64,000 nucleotides of DNA, taken from Amoebophrya sp. A120. Its lineage: Eukaryota; Protista; Dinoflagellata. Shown piece after piece: positions 13,801-26,700 of the stretch; the first letter of the stretch is position 1; each line of letters starts with the position of its first letter. Under the pieces are notes generated by a model that searched no databases, was not told the origin of the DNA, and saw only the letters and a program-made list of their open reading frames with translations. The translations under genes were made by a program, and so were the position numbers. Location of the stretch: contig CAJINV010000004.1 of assembly GCA_905178155.1 (NCBI GenBank), forward strand, positions 2,626,228 through 2,690,227. The letters are read 5' to 3'.

Positions 13801-16800
13801 GCAATGGCGTGTTGGAGGTCACCAGCTGGTAGTGCCGCTGCAGGCGGATCATGGCAATGTCCCGGTCGTTTTCGGGGTCCACTGCGCGCTTTTTCTCGCC
13901 CGTGTTTTCCGCGATGGGGACGCCATTCCAGCGGATCGTGCGCTTCCCCAGACTCGGTTCGGGGAACGCTGACACCAACTTCATCAGGACGCTTTTCCCC
14001 TGGCCCGAGGGCGCCGTGAGGTGCGTGATCGACCCGGCAGGGAACTGCAGGGTCTGCCCCCCCGTGCAATTCTTGTTGTTCGCAGCACATCGCACCGGCC
14101 ACAAATATTGCTGTGTGCCTTTTCCGATGTCGCCCGCGTATGACAGTGCGCAACCTGCTCCCTTGTCGCCCCTCATCTGTCATGCAAAACCCCAAATGAT
14201 CCAGTCGCTGCCCTGTCTGTGGCACTGTTTGCATGACTACAGATTCCGGAAGCCCAAACAGTAGTACTACATCAGGCACATAAATTTGTCATGCGGAGGC
14301 TCCACGCGTGCTGGTGTTTGTATTGCTGTTCATGCCAACATACAAATGACGGGTAGGCGGAGCAGTTGTGCACCCTCATACGCCGCTTATGAGGTTCACC
14401 CGCTCCATTTCGAAACTGACCCGATCCCGGGTCCGGATATTGTGAGGAAAAATCCCTGCTCCCCATATCTGTGATGCTCATTCTTTGTGGTCACAAATCA
14501 GCTTGGTCTTGCAGAAGCAGAAGGTACCTGGCTGTATTTTCCAAGCCTGTTCGAGTTGTATGCATAAGGCTACTAGCAGTTCGGCATGGCTGCAAACAGG
14601 TTTGCAGTAGTCGAAAGTGCACGACAGACTGGCTGCAGAATGCGCCACAACAAGGCTCGTCCCACTCCCCTATAGGCAAGACGAAGGCGATTTGTGCCCA
14701 CAAATCAGCATGACAAGTTCCCAACATTTTGATGATATGGGGAGGGGGGATTTTTCACTTTGATACCGGTCCGTCGAAATCCAGAGCGGGTGCGTGGCGT
14801 TCTCGCCCCGCGTGGACAAGTTTGCAAGGAAAAAACTGTGTAAGTGTAACTTTGTCTTGCAGACGTTGCAATACAGCTACACTTGTCTTGCTGGATATGC
14901 GTCAGAGGCTATTTTCCTACATGTTTTCGTGTACTAGCTTACGCATGGCAGGTTTTCTCTGTCATGCAAAACAAATCTGTGATGCTGTCCCTGCAAAAAA
15001 ATTACACTTACACACTTTTTTTCTTGGATAACAAGGAGATCAAATTCATAAACTTTGCCAGCAGTGGGTTGTAGGTCGCGGCCTGGATATTCCCGGTAGC
15101 GCCCATCAGCTCCCCGGTGATCCCCTGAATCGCTTGCGCCCCGGAATTATGGATTGTAAAAATGTCTGGGTCTGGAAAGTTACAACTTGTCATGCTGTCG
15201 TTGGATCCCAAAAAAATCTGTATTGCGTGACCAGCAACAGGGGTCCAGTTTGTGTTACGCGGAGAGGGCATTTGTCATGCGAAATAGGAATCAGGAAGCC
15301 ATCTAAAAATCTGTGATGCTAGATCATGCATTACATGAGTCATGGATCATACAAAATATGCATCACAAATCCCGGAATCTTCCAGACCCAGACATTTTTA
15401 CATTTGATAGGAATAGGCCGCCGTCACGTCTTGTCCCGTCAAAGCGCCGTACATCATGGAAGCCACGAGCATCGGCATGGCCATCACCCCACTGATGGCT
15501 CCCAGCGTCTTTTTCACGAAGAGAAACTTTTGCAGTTTGCGTTCAATTCGCAGAACTTGCTGCTCCGTTTCCTGGTTCAGTTCCACAAGATTCTTTCCGA
15601 TCTGTGCATTCTCGCGATAGTCGTTCAACTTTTCCGGGCTTCCAAGCTGCGCACGATACTCCTGCGCCATCTCTTGCGCCCGACCCAGCTCCCCGCGAAT
15701 TGCCCCAATTTTGTCATCCAGGATGGGCCAATGCACGGTCAGCAGCACCTGCACGACCATCACGACGAGGGGAAACATGGCCGCTGCGGTGCCGCCCGTC
15801 GCCCAGGTGGCCCCGAAGACGAAGAGCATGCTGGCACCGTGCGTGGCGATCGCAGGTATGTAGTCGAACAACATGGAGACCATCCCGGGAATTTGCTGCA
15901 GCGCCACCGCGGCGTCCCCCGTGAGAAGCCGGCTCTCGGGTCCGGTGGCTAGGCTGGAGACTTTTTCAATCAATATCCAAGAAAAAAACACAACCAGAAT
16001 CACATTTAGGCGGTTTTCTTGCATCAGAAACTTGCCCTCTCGCATGACAGATATTTTATTGCATTGCAAAATTATCACAAAGGGAATAAATCGCCCATAG
16101 CTTTTGGCTGTGAAGATGCATTTTTGCGCATGCCAAGAGTTTTCGTATATGCAAAAACGTTGGCCATGTGATCAGAGCCCTCGCCCCACAGACATGCCTG
16201 AAGCTTCTCGGGATGGTCTGAGATGCCTGCTCCTATTGAAATGGCTGACCTAAATGGCCTGAACTGGCCAGATCCCTGACGCGGATCCCCTAACTTACTA
16301 CGAAGGCAAAGCCATCGCGATCGCAGCGAAATGAAGGGAGTCCGCTCGGTCTAGACGTTCAGAATGACCATCCTGAGGGGGGTGACTCCCACCAGGATCG
16401 AGCACCTAGCCGACAGCATTGAGGGAGGTAGTCCCGTGCTGTTTAGCCCCTTGACTCTGACCAGGATCAGGCTCATCCCATGCGATGAATTGGAACAGGA
16501 TGCAACGCACGCAGCCAGAGGCTTTCGCCCTGTCTGCTGTGAGATTGAAGCGCTGGAATTGATTAGAAGAACCCCGCGCGGCGAAGCTTTAGTCACTCAG
16601 TGTGGCAGGTGTGTTCAAAGTCCAACAAGAAATGTGCAAAAGTAATTGTGATAATGTTTTTTCTTGAATTAATCAATTGAAGTTTCACATTAGTCTGAAC
16701 CCAGGTTAGCATGGTCTGGCGCGCCTGGTCGCAAATGATGAAGAGCAAAACGCCCCCCAACAGTGGCAGTGCAACGCTCTGCAGCACCGGCCAGGTCAGC

Positions 16801-19264
16801 ACCGTCCAGCCTGCTGTGCCTGCAACGGCGAAGCCTCCCTTGGCAGCCGCAGAGAACACCAATCCCTGCAGGTGCAGCAAGTTTCGGAGGATCAACACGC
16901 TTCCAAAAGAAGACGCGACCCCCATGGCGACGTACGCCATCAGGTAGCCCAAGTACTTCCGCCCGAAATGCTGGCCAAACGCAGTGCCAGCGAACAGCAT
17001 GCGCACCTTATCCTGAGTAAAAACGTACCCACGCCAGAGTTGTAATGCAGATTTGCAAAGACAGGAAGACTTGTAATGCGCATCCGCATGAGAGCCATTT
17101 CCAATTGTGCTTTGGAATTTCTGATGCTGTGAACAGGATGAGCAGATGAATCTGTGACGCGGCTGCACTTGCTAACCTGCACTATACTGCAGAGTGCAAC
17201 TTGTCATGCGTGACTCACAAAACTCCTAGGTTTGTGTTGCAAAATCCCCATCCTGACTCTGGTATGGGTACGTTTTTACTCAGGATACACCTGGCGGCAC
17301 CGGTGACAACCTCCCTTGAACTTCGCGGCATATCAAATGTAAAAGTGTCTGGGTGGTCTGGAAGATTGCAACTTGTCATGCTAAATCTGCAGCATGCAAA
17401 AATCTGTGTTGCATGATTACCAAAAGTCGTCCAGTTTTGACCAAGTCTGGAGGTAGTTTCTCATGAAGGATAGGCATTAGAAAGGTCTCGCAGAATCTGT
17501 CATGCTAGGTCCTGCATTCCAGACCTCATGGGTCATGGAAAAGCAGCATGACAAATCGCGCATTCTTCCAGACCCAGACATTTTTACATTTGATACGGAA
17601 AATCGCGACTTGATGCTCGCGACACCGCCCTTGAACTTGCGGTACGCGGACACGGTGGCGTTGCGCGCCCGGTCGAAGCTGTTGGCAACCTTCCCCAGCA
17701 AACCGCCTCTGGCTGACGACAATAGTTGTACCCGGCGCTTGATGCCCGTTTTTCGCACCAGAAAGCTCGTGCCTTTAATGTTCGAGGGCACGTGGAGGCG
17801 CGACGACGTCTCAACATCAAGGTCATGATGAACTTCCACGTCGTTTTCTCCATGCGGCCCGCCGTCCGCGAAAGTGTCGCCACCCAAACCGTTCAAAGTC
17901 GTTGGTGTGTTCATCATGGTGTAGCCTTTGTCCGTCGGATCGGGATCCGCATCCGGCAGCATGTCAAATGCAAATATGTCATCGATGGGTTTACTGGGAG
18001 AGTGGAAAACTCGTCATGCGTGCTGTCTTGAATAATTCAATGTAAAATCTGTAACTGTATTACATGACCTATTCTATTACCCCTCAACCTCCACTATCAT
18101 CCACTTTGACTTTACGACCAATCTGTATTGCATGACCAACGCGACAAAGTAAGGACCCGTTTTTTGATTGTCATGCGCATGCGCAGTTCTTAACGCGAAT
18201 TTACGCATGAGGAAGTCGTGCCCGGAACTACATCTGTCATGCTTGGCTGCACGACTCAGGAGTATGTTGATGTTCAATGATCGCCACTCACTTAGCAACA
18301 TCACAAGCTTATACATTATTCCAGACCCAGATGACATCATATTAATTTGCAACGCATACAGCAGGCGCCCTACTTCCAATAAGTCCTCCACCGGTAGAAT
18401 GAATTGCAAAAGTATCGCTATCGTACTCGCATAAATGCATTGCAAATTTCAGCATCATCCTCAGCATGAGAAATAGAATTTGTAATGCTGATTTCCATTC
18501 AAAAAAAGATTTGTAGTGCATGATTGCTGCACGACTACGAGTACGATACTTTTGCACAGGATAGGCAGATCCTCGTCGTCGATGTCCTCGTCCACCTTCG
18601 AGAAGGCCACATCTCGTATCACGCGAAAAAGGTGTTACAGTTCTATACGCATTGTGTTGCGAGCCCAGCATGACAGACAACCTTTGTCATGCCAGAAATT
18701 GCTCCGAGTTTCTGTTTCATTTCATCGAGTTCATTTCCCTCAATATGGTTTGCGCATTGCAAGTTGTCCTTCTCGTCAAGCAGAGAAATGAACTTGTGTT
18801 GCTGAAGTTTTTACAAAATCAAATGTGTAACAACTGTAGCCACGCTTTTTTCTTTTGATATCCCCTACCGTGGTTTTATTGTTACTGAAGCCCGGCAGGG
18901 GTGGGAGCTTTGACGCGGCGGTCCCGTTTGAAGATGTCCATACACGCCGAAGCGTGTCCAAGAACTGCTTAAACCGGCGAACGAATTTTTGCTGCTCCTG
19001 GTGCTGCTCCATCTGCGAGAGGAACGACGTGTTTTCATCATGGTGGTCTCGTCCCGTCGATTCCGAATCATCGAAGCTGGACTGTTGAATCGGCTTTATC
19101 GTTTCATCGTTCCTGGTCAGAGCATGATCCGGCGCAGGAGCTGCTTCGTAGGTCGTGAAGATGGAGGACCCTTTGATGTTGACGGCGACGGAAAAACTGG
19201 CCGAGTTGAGCAGGAGCAGGTGCAGCAGGGCCACAAGAAAGTTGCCCGAGGCACACAGAGCCAT
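10890..19264 (-). CDS. ABC transporter (signal peptide, TM region, one NBD) split by 18 introners
   Basis: Hydrophobic N-terminus; TM exons at ~16.7-17.0 and 15.4-16.0 kb; Walker A APSGQGKS, signature-like LSDGE, Walker B LLLLDEAT, H-loop IFTTH; all 18 joins in frame to TAA at 10890. Confidence 0.88.
10928..11189. mobile_element. Introner family G, 262 bp
   Basis: TIR TATGGCGTTCTCAA; DR TGTCT/TGTGT. Confidence 0.9.
11264..11475. mobile_element. Introner family I, 212 bp
   Basis: TIR core AAAAAACTGTTTCACTGTGA; DR CTTGG/CTTGG. Confidence 0.92.
11501..11788. mobile_element. Introner family A, 288 bp
   Basis: TATCAAATGCAAATAT..ATATTTGCATTTTTTCATA; DR GGAAG/GGAAG. Confidence 0.92.
11836..12143. 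mobile_element. Introner family H, 308 bp
   Basis: ~38-bp imperfect TIR TATGGATGTGTCAGGATTGAAATCGTCAAAGTTGAAAT; DR CGGCG/CGGTG. Confidence 0.9.
12240..12569. mobile_element. Introner family F, 330 bp
   Basis: TIR core CCTCCCCATAT; DR CGGGT/CAGGC (2 mismatches); frame restored. Confidence 0.85.
12747..12970. mobile_element. Introner family G, 224 bp
   Basis: TATGAGGTTC..GAACGCCATA; DR ACATG/ATATG. Confidence 0.85.
13121..13246. mobile_element. Introner family C, 126 bp
   Basis: DR GGGGG/GGGGG; join DPTSHPLVVRN. Confidence 0.93.
13328..13483. mobile_element. Introner family C, 156 bp
   Basis: DR GGTGA/GGTGA; join RLTFALAMRPRLLLLDE. Confidence 0.93.
14139..14380. mobile_element. Introner family B, 242 bp
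   Basis: TATGACAGTGCGCAAC..GTTGTGCACCCTCATA; DR CCGCG/CGCCG; element+5 removal in frame. Confidence 0.85.
14438..14765. mobile_element. Introner family F, 328 bp
   Basis: TATTGTGAGGAAAAATCCC..GGGATTTTTCACTTTGATA; DR CCGGA/CCGGT. Confidence 0.9.
14821..15030. mobile_element. Introner family J, 210 bp
   Basis: TIR core GTGTAAGTGTAA; DR ACAAG/ACAAG. Confidence 0.88.
15148..15409. mobile_element. Introner family A, 262 bp
   Basis: Family A TIR; DR GGAAT/GGAAT. Confidence 0.95.
15974..16671. mobile_element. Oversized introner (J-like ends), 698 bp
   Basis: TATCCAAGAAAAAAACA..TGTTTTTTCTTGAATTA; DR ATCAA/ATCAA; join KLQLIEKVSS. Confidence 0.82.
17009..17287. mobile_element. Introner family E, 279 bp
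   Basis: TIR TATCCTGAGTAAAAACGTACCCA; DR CACCT/CACCT. Confidence 0.95.
17331..17595. mobile_element. Introner family A, 265 bp
   Basis: DR CGGCA/CGGAA; nearly identical to 40093-40354. Confidence 0.95.
17962..18358. mobile_element. Degenerate family A-like introner, 397 bp
   Basis: DR CAGCA/CAGCA; join GRLLPDAD. Confidence 0.85.
18398..18563. mobile_element. Introner family C, 166 bp
   Basis: TIR core GCAAAAGTATCG; DR GGTAG/GGCAG. Confidence 0.88.
18617..18860. mobile_element. Introner family K, 244 bp
   Basis: Imperfect TIR TATCA..GAAAAA..TACAGTT; DR TCTCG/TCCCC; join TTVGDVAFSK. Confidence 0.78.
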
Positions 19265-20766
19265 ATTTTCTCCCGGGTGGCGCTCCAGGGCCGCGGCAAA
19301 GCGGAAGAGGGAATGAACTATCGGCGATAGGCTTTATTTAAAGGGAAAGGCACAATCCTTCCCTGCGCAATCAGCGCTCCAATTCTCGTCCGTTCTTCTG
19401 TCAGTTCAAATCAATCATGGGCACTTCTTCAACTTCTCGACGATGATTTAATATTTCCACATATCGAAAAATACGAATTCGAAGTTTATGAAAGGACAAA
19501 ATGCCGTAACCTGACAGGCACATGATAAGAGGGTGAGACCACAATGAATTCAGTTTTGCACGATCAAAAGGTTGAATTTTCAGAGTCCAAAGTCCGAGCT
19601 TCACCAGCATTCAAGGCACGACCGAAACATGGAAAATAACCGAGGACCGAAAATAAAGATAAACCGAAGGGCGAAATTGCGATCACCAAGCTTCTTGATC
19701 TTGAAATTCAGCAGAGTACCGACTCTCGAAATTCAGAACACCGATCTGCGAAAAGCAGAACACACACCGATCTACGAAAATCAAAACACCGATCTGCGAA
19801 AATCAAAGCCATCACTTGTTATACCGACCTGGCTATTATCAATCAAAAGCACTGCATTGCATACGCTTTAAACTTAAACAAAAAAGCAAGATTTGAAGTC
19901 TTCTCGCTTGATAAAAAACCAGAAAAAGCGTTTTCGCGAGACAGTAGTTGTGTTGTCCATGCTCACAGACCAAAAGAACAGGAACAGCCCTGAGTTCCTA
20001 CGGCCGCGACCCGTCCGGCGGCGGGGCGCCCACCAGCTTACAAAACCCAGTGGCTGTCTTGCAGTCGATGGGAATCGTAAAGTCAGCGCGTTTCATCATT
20101 CTTTTCTCGTAGTTCCTGTCGTTTCATCTATGGCGCCATGAGGTTGTACAGGTGCATTCTCATTCGCAAAGCACAGCCTCTCGTACTCGTAAAAAATCGA
20201 TAAGAAGCATTATTCATTTTCGAAAATTAGCGCTTCGGGCACCCGGAGGTGTATGCTACTGAGTAGTTTAACAAAAAAGTTGCATTTTTGGAAATTCAAC
20301 ACCAAATAAAGGACGATTCTATATCGGATGTCATTCAGGGTTTCGATTTTTCTCGATTTTTTTTGTTTTCTTCGAAACAGATGGATATTCATATTCTAGC
20401 TGAAACGGTTTCTGACTATGACTATGTAGTAATGTGACGATGGTAGATGTAAAGGTTCTCGTTTGGCGAGGTATCGTAAACCATCCTTGTAGTTTTTAAA
20501 CATGCCTGCATGCATTCAGGAAGCAGAGGCAGAGGTCGCGCTTTCATAAAACAAATTACATCATCGCCTTCGCGATACAAAGATGCACGGTCCTGCCTTC
20601 TGCTCCTGATCTGTCAAATCATATTTTTTTTGGGTGATGCTAATCATAGTTAGTAAAAAGGACTGACGAGGAGCTCCTCCTGCCTCTAGACCGCTTGTGA
20701 GTAGAACTTGCTTTGGATTTTGTTGCTTGAACGAGGTGTAGTTTGTGGCCAGCTCGCTCCGTATGA

Positions 20767-23700
20767 TTAAAACACCTCATCTATCAAATGCAAATATGTC
20801 TGGGTCTGGAAACTTCTAATGATGAGGGAGTTAGAATGTGGAGGCCACAAATGATGGCTCAGCATGACAAGTTTCTGAGCTTCTAAGTCTTGCCTATTCC
20901 GCATGACAAACTGCGTTTTTGCATCACAGAAAAATAGGGCCTTTGGGTAACGCGCATGACAGACTTAAGTAGGAGTCTTGCTAGCCTAGCATGACAAACT
21001 TTGTACTTTTCCAGACCCAGACATCTTTGCAATCCATATCATCCCGAACCTTCGCACAGAGGACCCGCGTGTTCAATTTTTCCGAGTCCTCTGTTTGCAG
21101 CAGCACCGGCGGCACTTCCTGCCGGGCGCACTGCGCCGTCACGCTGCCGAACATGCAGCCGGGGGGTGCGTGGCCCAGTCCGCACGCGTAGTCCTCCGAA
21201 CCTCCGAAGGTGTAGGAGTTCCCGGACGCGTATCCGAGCAAAAAAGAAGATTCGTGGGTTGTGTGCCTTTTTGTTTTTTGGCTGACCAGCATCACAAATC
21301 TGTCGGGCATGCGCATGTCGACAGCAGAAACCTGTCATGGGAGGATAGCATGTGAAACCGCACTTGAATTGTTGAGCTGGGCGCGCTCAGATGGCACCCC
21401 GTCCACGATTTTCTCCCGATTTTTTTAGATTTTTTTTTTAAAAAAAAATTTTGAAGTCGATGTTTGCAGGTGCGAAGTGGCCTGCTTTGAGAGCCTGCTT
21501 GTGACTGCCGTCAGTCGTATCTCAGTACTACATCACGCCAACAGTATTTCAACTGCACTTGCCCGCGAGTCATCACCTGTTTTTTTGGTTGAGGTGAACA
21601 TATACAATAGCTGCATCAATACTTAGACATAAAAAGATCGTAGTGCTACTGTGTTCGCGTTTTTTTTTCAAGGAGTGGTAAGAGATATAGAGCTAGCTAG
21701 CACGCAATCCCGTTTTTTTTTTACTGTACATACACAATTATGTATTTCATCGTGATCTGCACGTCGCCCGGGTCCGTCGTCTCGCCACTCCGCATCGCCG
21801 CGTAGCATTCCCGCCTAAGCCGTCAGCTGTCTTTTTACCGCGTCCTCGTTGCGACTTCGGAACCCGCAAAACCCGATTGTGATTCATGATGTAGAGCGGG
21901 TCGATGCGGGGAAAAAAAGCGCAACCTTCCGTAGAAGGGAGGAAGAATCCACATCCATCCGTCGGCAGCAAGCAGCAGATCCAACAACACCACCGCTGTT
22001 TCGTCCGCATCTCGACGTCCACTTTCCAGTCGTCCGCGCCACAACGAAGGGTGGCGTATTCGCAAATCCGCATTCGCTCCACGCCGCCACCACAGCTCGT
22101 CCACGCTGCGATAGGAACCACCTGAGGTTCAAAGTTTGCGAAGGCGGACGGAAGTTCCGCCGTCGTTCCAAATCCGCACTCCAGCCTCCGCTCGTGGCTC
22201 CGTAGCAGCCAACTCCGCATCGCGTCGTCGCATCGCGGATCCACATCGCCGTTCGCAGGCGGAGCAGTCGGGCTCAACGCCGCAATTCCGCTTTCCACAT
22301 CTCGCTGCCACCGCCGGCAAGTCCACATCGCAGCTCCGCATCCACTCCTGCCGCCGCAAATCCGTCTACGCCGCCACGAGAACCACCAAAGGTTCAAGGG
22401 AAGCGAAGGTTGTCGTCGCGAAATCCACATCGCAGGTCCACCGCGCGGCTCCACATCGCAGCTCGCCAACGCCGATCCACATCGCCGCTCCACAGCTCCA
22501 CATCGCAGATCCACACTCGCTCGCTCCACCGCAAATCTCCGCTCACGCGGCGATGGGAACCGATGGGGGTTCAAAAAATTCCAACGCTGCGGTCGCGGCG
22601 TCCACATTCGCAAAATCCACAGTCGCGTCTCCACATCGCAGCCCCGTCGGCACTGAATTCGCGGCGCAGCCCGACGGCCCGATCCGGTGTGCTCGTCAGC
22701 ACAAAGCTCAAACTACATTCTATTGTTGGCGTGATGTAGTAGCAGGCTACTTTACAGCGTATGCTAAGGCACGACTATCTTTTTCTATAGTAAACACTAC
22801 AGCCTCCCGAATTTCTATCCCGCCCGGGGAGGCGGCTTGCATAAAGCACTGCACGCATGCAACTGTCACACCGATCGCGCTTTTCTTTACTCTGTATAGT
22901 CGCACCGATATTACACATGCGCTTCTGGTTCATCACCGACTTTTCATTTGTATGCTGTGATCTACACCGACAACGTTCTCACCGACTTGTGCATTCATGT
23001 CTTGCATCGTGTTTCATCAAAGTTTGTCATGGGCAACAAGTAGAACATTATGTAGAAAAGATGGAAAAAAGCAGCAACTAGCTGGACGTCGACTCTATAA
23101 TTAAACTTTAATTTCCCCCCTCCTTCTGTAGATGGTTCTGCTTGAACTCAAGTAGAACATTTCTACAAAGGAGGAATTTTGCATTTACGTCAACATCTCA
23201 CACATCCACCATAACAGAGTTGTTTTTGATATATTATACAGAAAAACTCTACATATTATTTTTGATTAACAACTCTGCTCCCGCTCCTATTTACGTGTTG
23301 AGCTTTATTTATTATTCCCTCCACCACGTGTGAGACTGTTGGATATGGGCCTCCTGCCAGTAGGAACAGTGAGTTCTTTACGAAAACATTGAAGCCTACA
23401 AATATCATTAAGTCCCCGACAAAGTGACTCACTGACTGACTTACTGGTCCATACTTTTACTATTATGCACTTGTGGCAAGATGAAACTGTGCATTTTCGA
23501 AGTATAAAAAGTACGAAACAATAAATCAATCAAAACCTAGTAAAAGTTGCTTGAGTAGTATCCTCTGGTCGATCAAACCGACGGTGATGAAGCAGCAAAT
23601 ATTGGTATGTAAAGTGCGACTATTGCAAACAACTTTCACGACCAAAATTATCCGTCCAACTACTCATCCTCATCATCGGATCCGCCCGCGACCGCGTTGT

Positions 23701-26700
23701 TGGCAATGGGGGCGTTCACGTTGGCCTGCGCACCACCCGGCACGTGCAACTGGAGGTTGATTCTGCGTCTCTGGGGCGCGGGCTGATTGGCGTTCGCACC
23801 GGCCGGGTCGGCACCGTTCGGGAGCTGGCGGGTGATCTCACGCCAGAGCAATTGCTTCTGGGCGGGAAAGAGAAAACTGAATGGCACCGTCATACTGTTG
23901 TAAGCCTGGACGGACTCCTGGTACGATCCTGATATTATTTTTGGCGTGATGTTGTAGATGCAGTTTCGCATAGTATTATGCTCATTTTTGCTTTGCATAA
24001 ACCAATCTGTCTTGCATGCAGTAGGTCGTACTTCTAATTGCTTACAACCAAGAAATTTTCTGTGCGTATACCGTTCGCCAAAGCGATCCGCAACGGACCC
24101 TCCTCCAACTCCTGCATGCGGCGGACGAACTTCTCAAGCGTCTCACTCAACTTCTCCTGGATGGACGGGCACTCGGTGAACAGGCGCGCTTCCAAATCCT
24201 CCTTCATCGCTAACATGGTGTTGGCGCGGTCGGCATGCTCCTGGTGCGCACCACCGGTGTAGCAGTTGCACATCTCGCGCGTGATCTCGTGCAGGGAACG
24301 CCAGCGGTTGCGGGCGGGAAAGCGGATTCCACCCAAGAAGGCGTGCAAGTCGATCATCTCCTGCTGCGATCCGCGGTTGTCCCAGTCATGCAAGAAGTCA
24401 AAAGCGGTGCCAATGGCCAGGATGCGGCTGTCGAGGTCCCGCAGCTGCCCCTCCACGCGGGTCTGGTCCATGGTCAACAAGTAGCGGCGCAAGGCACCAT
24501 TGTGCTGCTGCGTGAAGTTGCCGGGCAATTTGGTGTAGTGCAGCGAGGTCGTGTTGGTGTAGGCGTCGTTCAAACCGATCAAAGTGGTGATGACCGGGTG
24601 CGGCTGGGGCAGGTTCATCCACTGGCGGATAGTGTTGACCATCTGACGCATCAAGCCCTGGAGATTTGCATTGTAGAAATTACAGACGAAACTATACGAC
24701 AATAAAGCTGGCACTTCAGTATCAAACTTGTTATGCAGGAAGATTCGTTTTTTGATCAACCAATAAAGTTCGCTCTCTCGGCTCGTGATAACTCTCAACT
24801 CAAGCAGCATGAAAAAGTAGTACCAAATCATGGATCTCCGGCTGGGGGGGCACCTCTCCCTGCGCGCGCTTGATCGCTTTCATCACCATCTCCTCAGCAC
24901 AACGCGAAGTGTCGAGCGCGCGGGTCAAGTCAGCCTTGCTACGCTATGAAAAAAACCTTGGAGCAACACACTGACTTCCTTTCAAAAGGTGCGCGACGGG
25001 TGCACTCTTCGACTTTTTTATCACTTCTTCTTGCATTTCCTCCACTGTATTTTGACGTCCTGTTCTCTTGGTACTTTTACAGTGCAGTACTTTCTTTTTT
25101 TCAAGTCCCAACCACGCGAACTCATGAGCATAGCATGCAGAGTAAAATCTGAAAGAGAAAGCAGTGCTTTGAGCCAAGGTTTTATCTTTGCATCGTCGCA
25201 CACGGTGAACTGGGCGCTACCGGTGCGCAAGAAGGTGCCGAGCTGAGTCTCCACCTGGGCCAACAGTTCGGCCACGGCGGCAGCGCGGAGCATCTGTTGT
25301 GGATTTGCAGTATGAAACGCAACATGCGTGCTCATCGTTTCAGGATATGTCTCTTATCAATATTGGATGCTTTGTTCGTCATCTGCGCTACACAGTAGCT
25401 CTGTCATGCATAGAAGCTAAAAACTTTGCTTCGTCAGTTTCCGACTACGCAATACACGACTCAACCGATGAAACGCGCTCACTTTGCAAAAGGCGCAACA
25501 CTATATACGTCCATCGCCTTCTCCCAGAACAACTCCTGGAGCGTCTGTCCGCCGTTGACGGGGGCACCCTGCAGCAACTGGGTGGCGATGGCGTCTTCCA
25601 GCAAAGACACCTGCTGCAGCTCGATCGCATTGCTGATCATCATCATGTTCTCGCGGATCTCGGGCATGTTGTTGTTGCCGGACACGAACGCGCGGGCCTG
25701 CGCGTACGCCCTGTTTTTTATTGTCAGAATGATGTATCTCATGAAATTACAGTTGCGTTTTTCTGTGGCACTGAAGCATGATTTCAATGGACCGACGTAA
25801 GATTACGATGTGAACAGCATCACTTTATCAACAAAAACACACAAATACACCAGTCGCGAAACTGGACCAAGGTCCGGGGCTGGCGGGCCGCGGTCCGCTG
25901 GAAGGCACCACCCTGAAACAAAGCGATGACTCCCGCGCGCTCCACTTCATCACGGGCTTCTGGGTGGCGCATTAAACCGCACAGACGATCGCACACGCCG
26001 AGAGCACGTAACCCGTTGGCCCGCCTCATCGGTCAGGGAGGCAAATCTCCCCTGGAGATGGACCTGAGTCGTGGTTCTTGACCATGATTTCCACTTCAAA
26101 TGGCAGTTTTGTCATGCAGAAATCCATACTTCACAAAAGCATCACGCGACTGCCATGTCGGTCAAGTTTGTGATGCACAAGTTCCAAAATTGATGTAGTA
26201 CTGCCACGCGACGTTCTTGCTCGAGCGTAGTATGATTGAAGTCGGCCCTTCCCAAACGGGCCGCTTCGCGGGCGATGATGTCGGTGCGCGTGAAGAGCAC
26301 GATCTGACGCACCGCCGAGGGCAACGCGGCCATGGACCTGGCGATGACGGCTTCGTGGGCCAGTTCGAGGTTACCGATCTGGGCGTCAGTCAGGGTGGAA
26401 AGGTACTGGACGCGACTCAAAAATTATGCAAGTTGCAACTCTAGCTCAGCACCTCAGCCGCGTCATGCATGCCTGGCTACTTCAAAAATGCAAAAGCGCG
26501 TGACAAACTCATATGATCAGATATGCTATTTCACACGCATTAAGCACGTAGTCGCACAGTTGGTCGAGACCAATTTGCATCATAGTTAGCATGACAAAGC
26601 AGTAGTGTAAGGTGCTGAGCTAGATATTGCTACCATAACAGACGGGTCCGCGTGCGACCTTCCTGACGCCAGAGGGCACCCATGGCAGCGACATGATTCG

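Noticed and set aside
21039-21230. RCC1 repeat (DASGNSYTFGGSEDYACGLGH)
   Set aside because: Better explained as the second copy of the gene's own TCxC Cys repeat; no further RCC1 blades seen
21747-22960. Long ORFs of 295 and 274 aa on both strands
   Set aside because: By-products of the GC-rich TCCACATCGC repeat array
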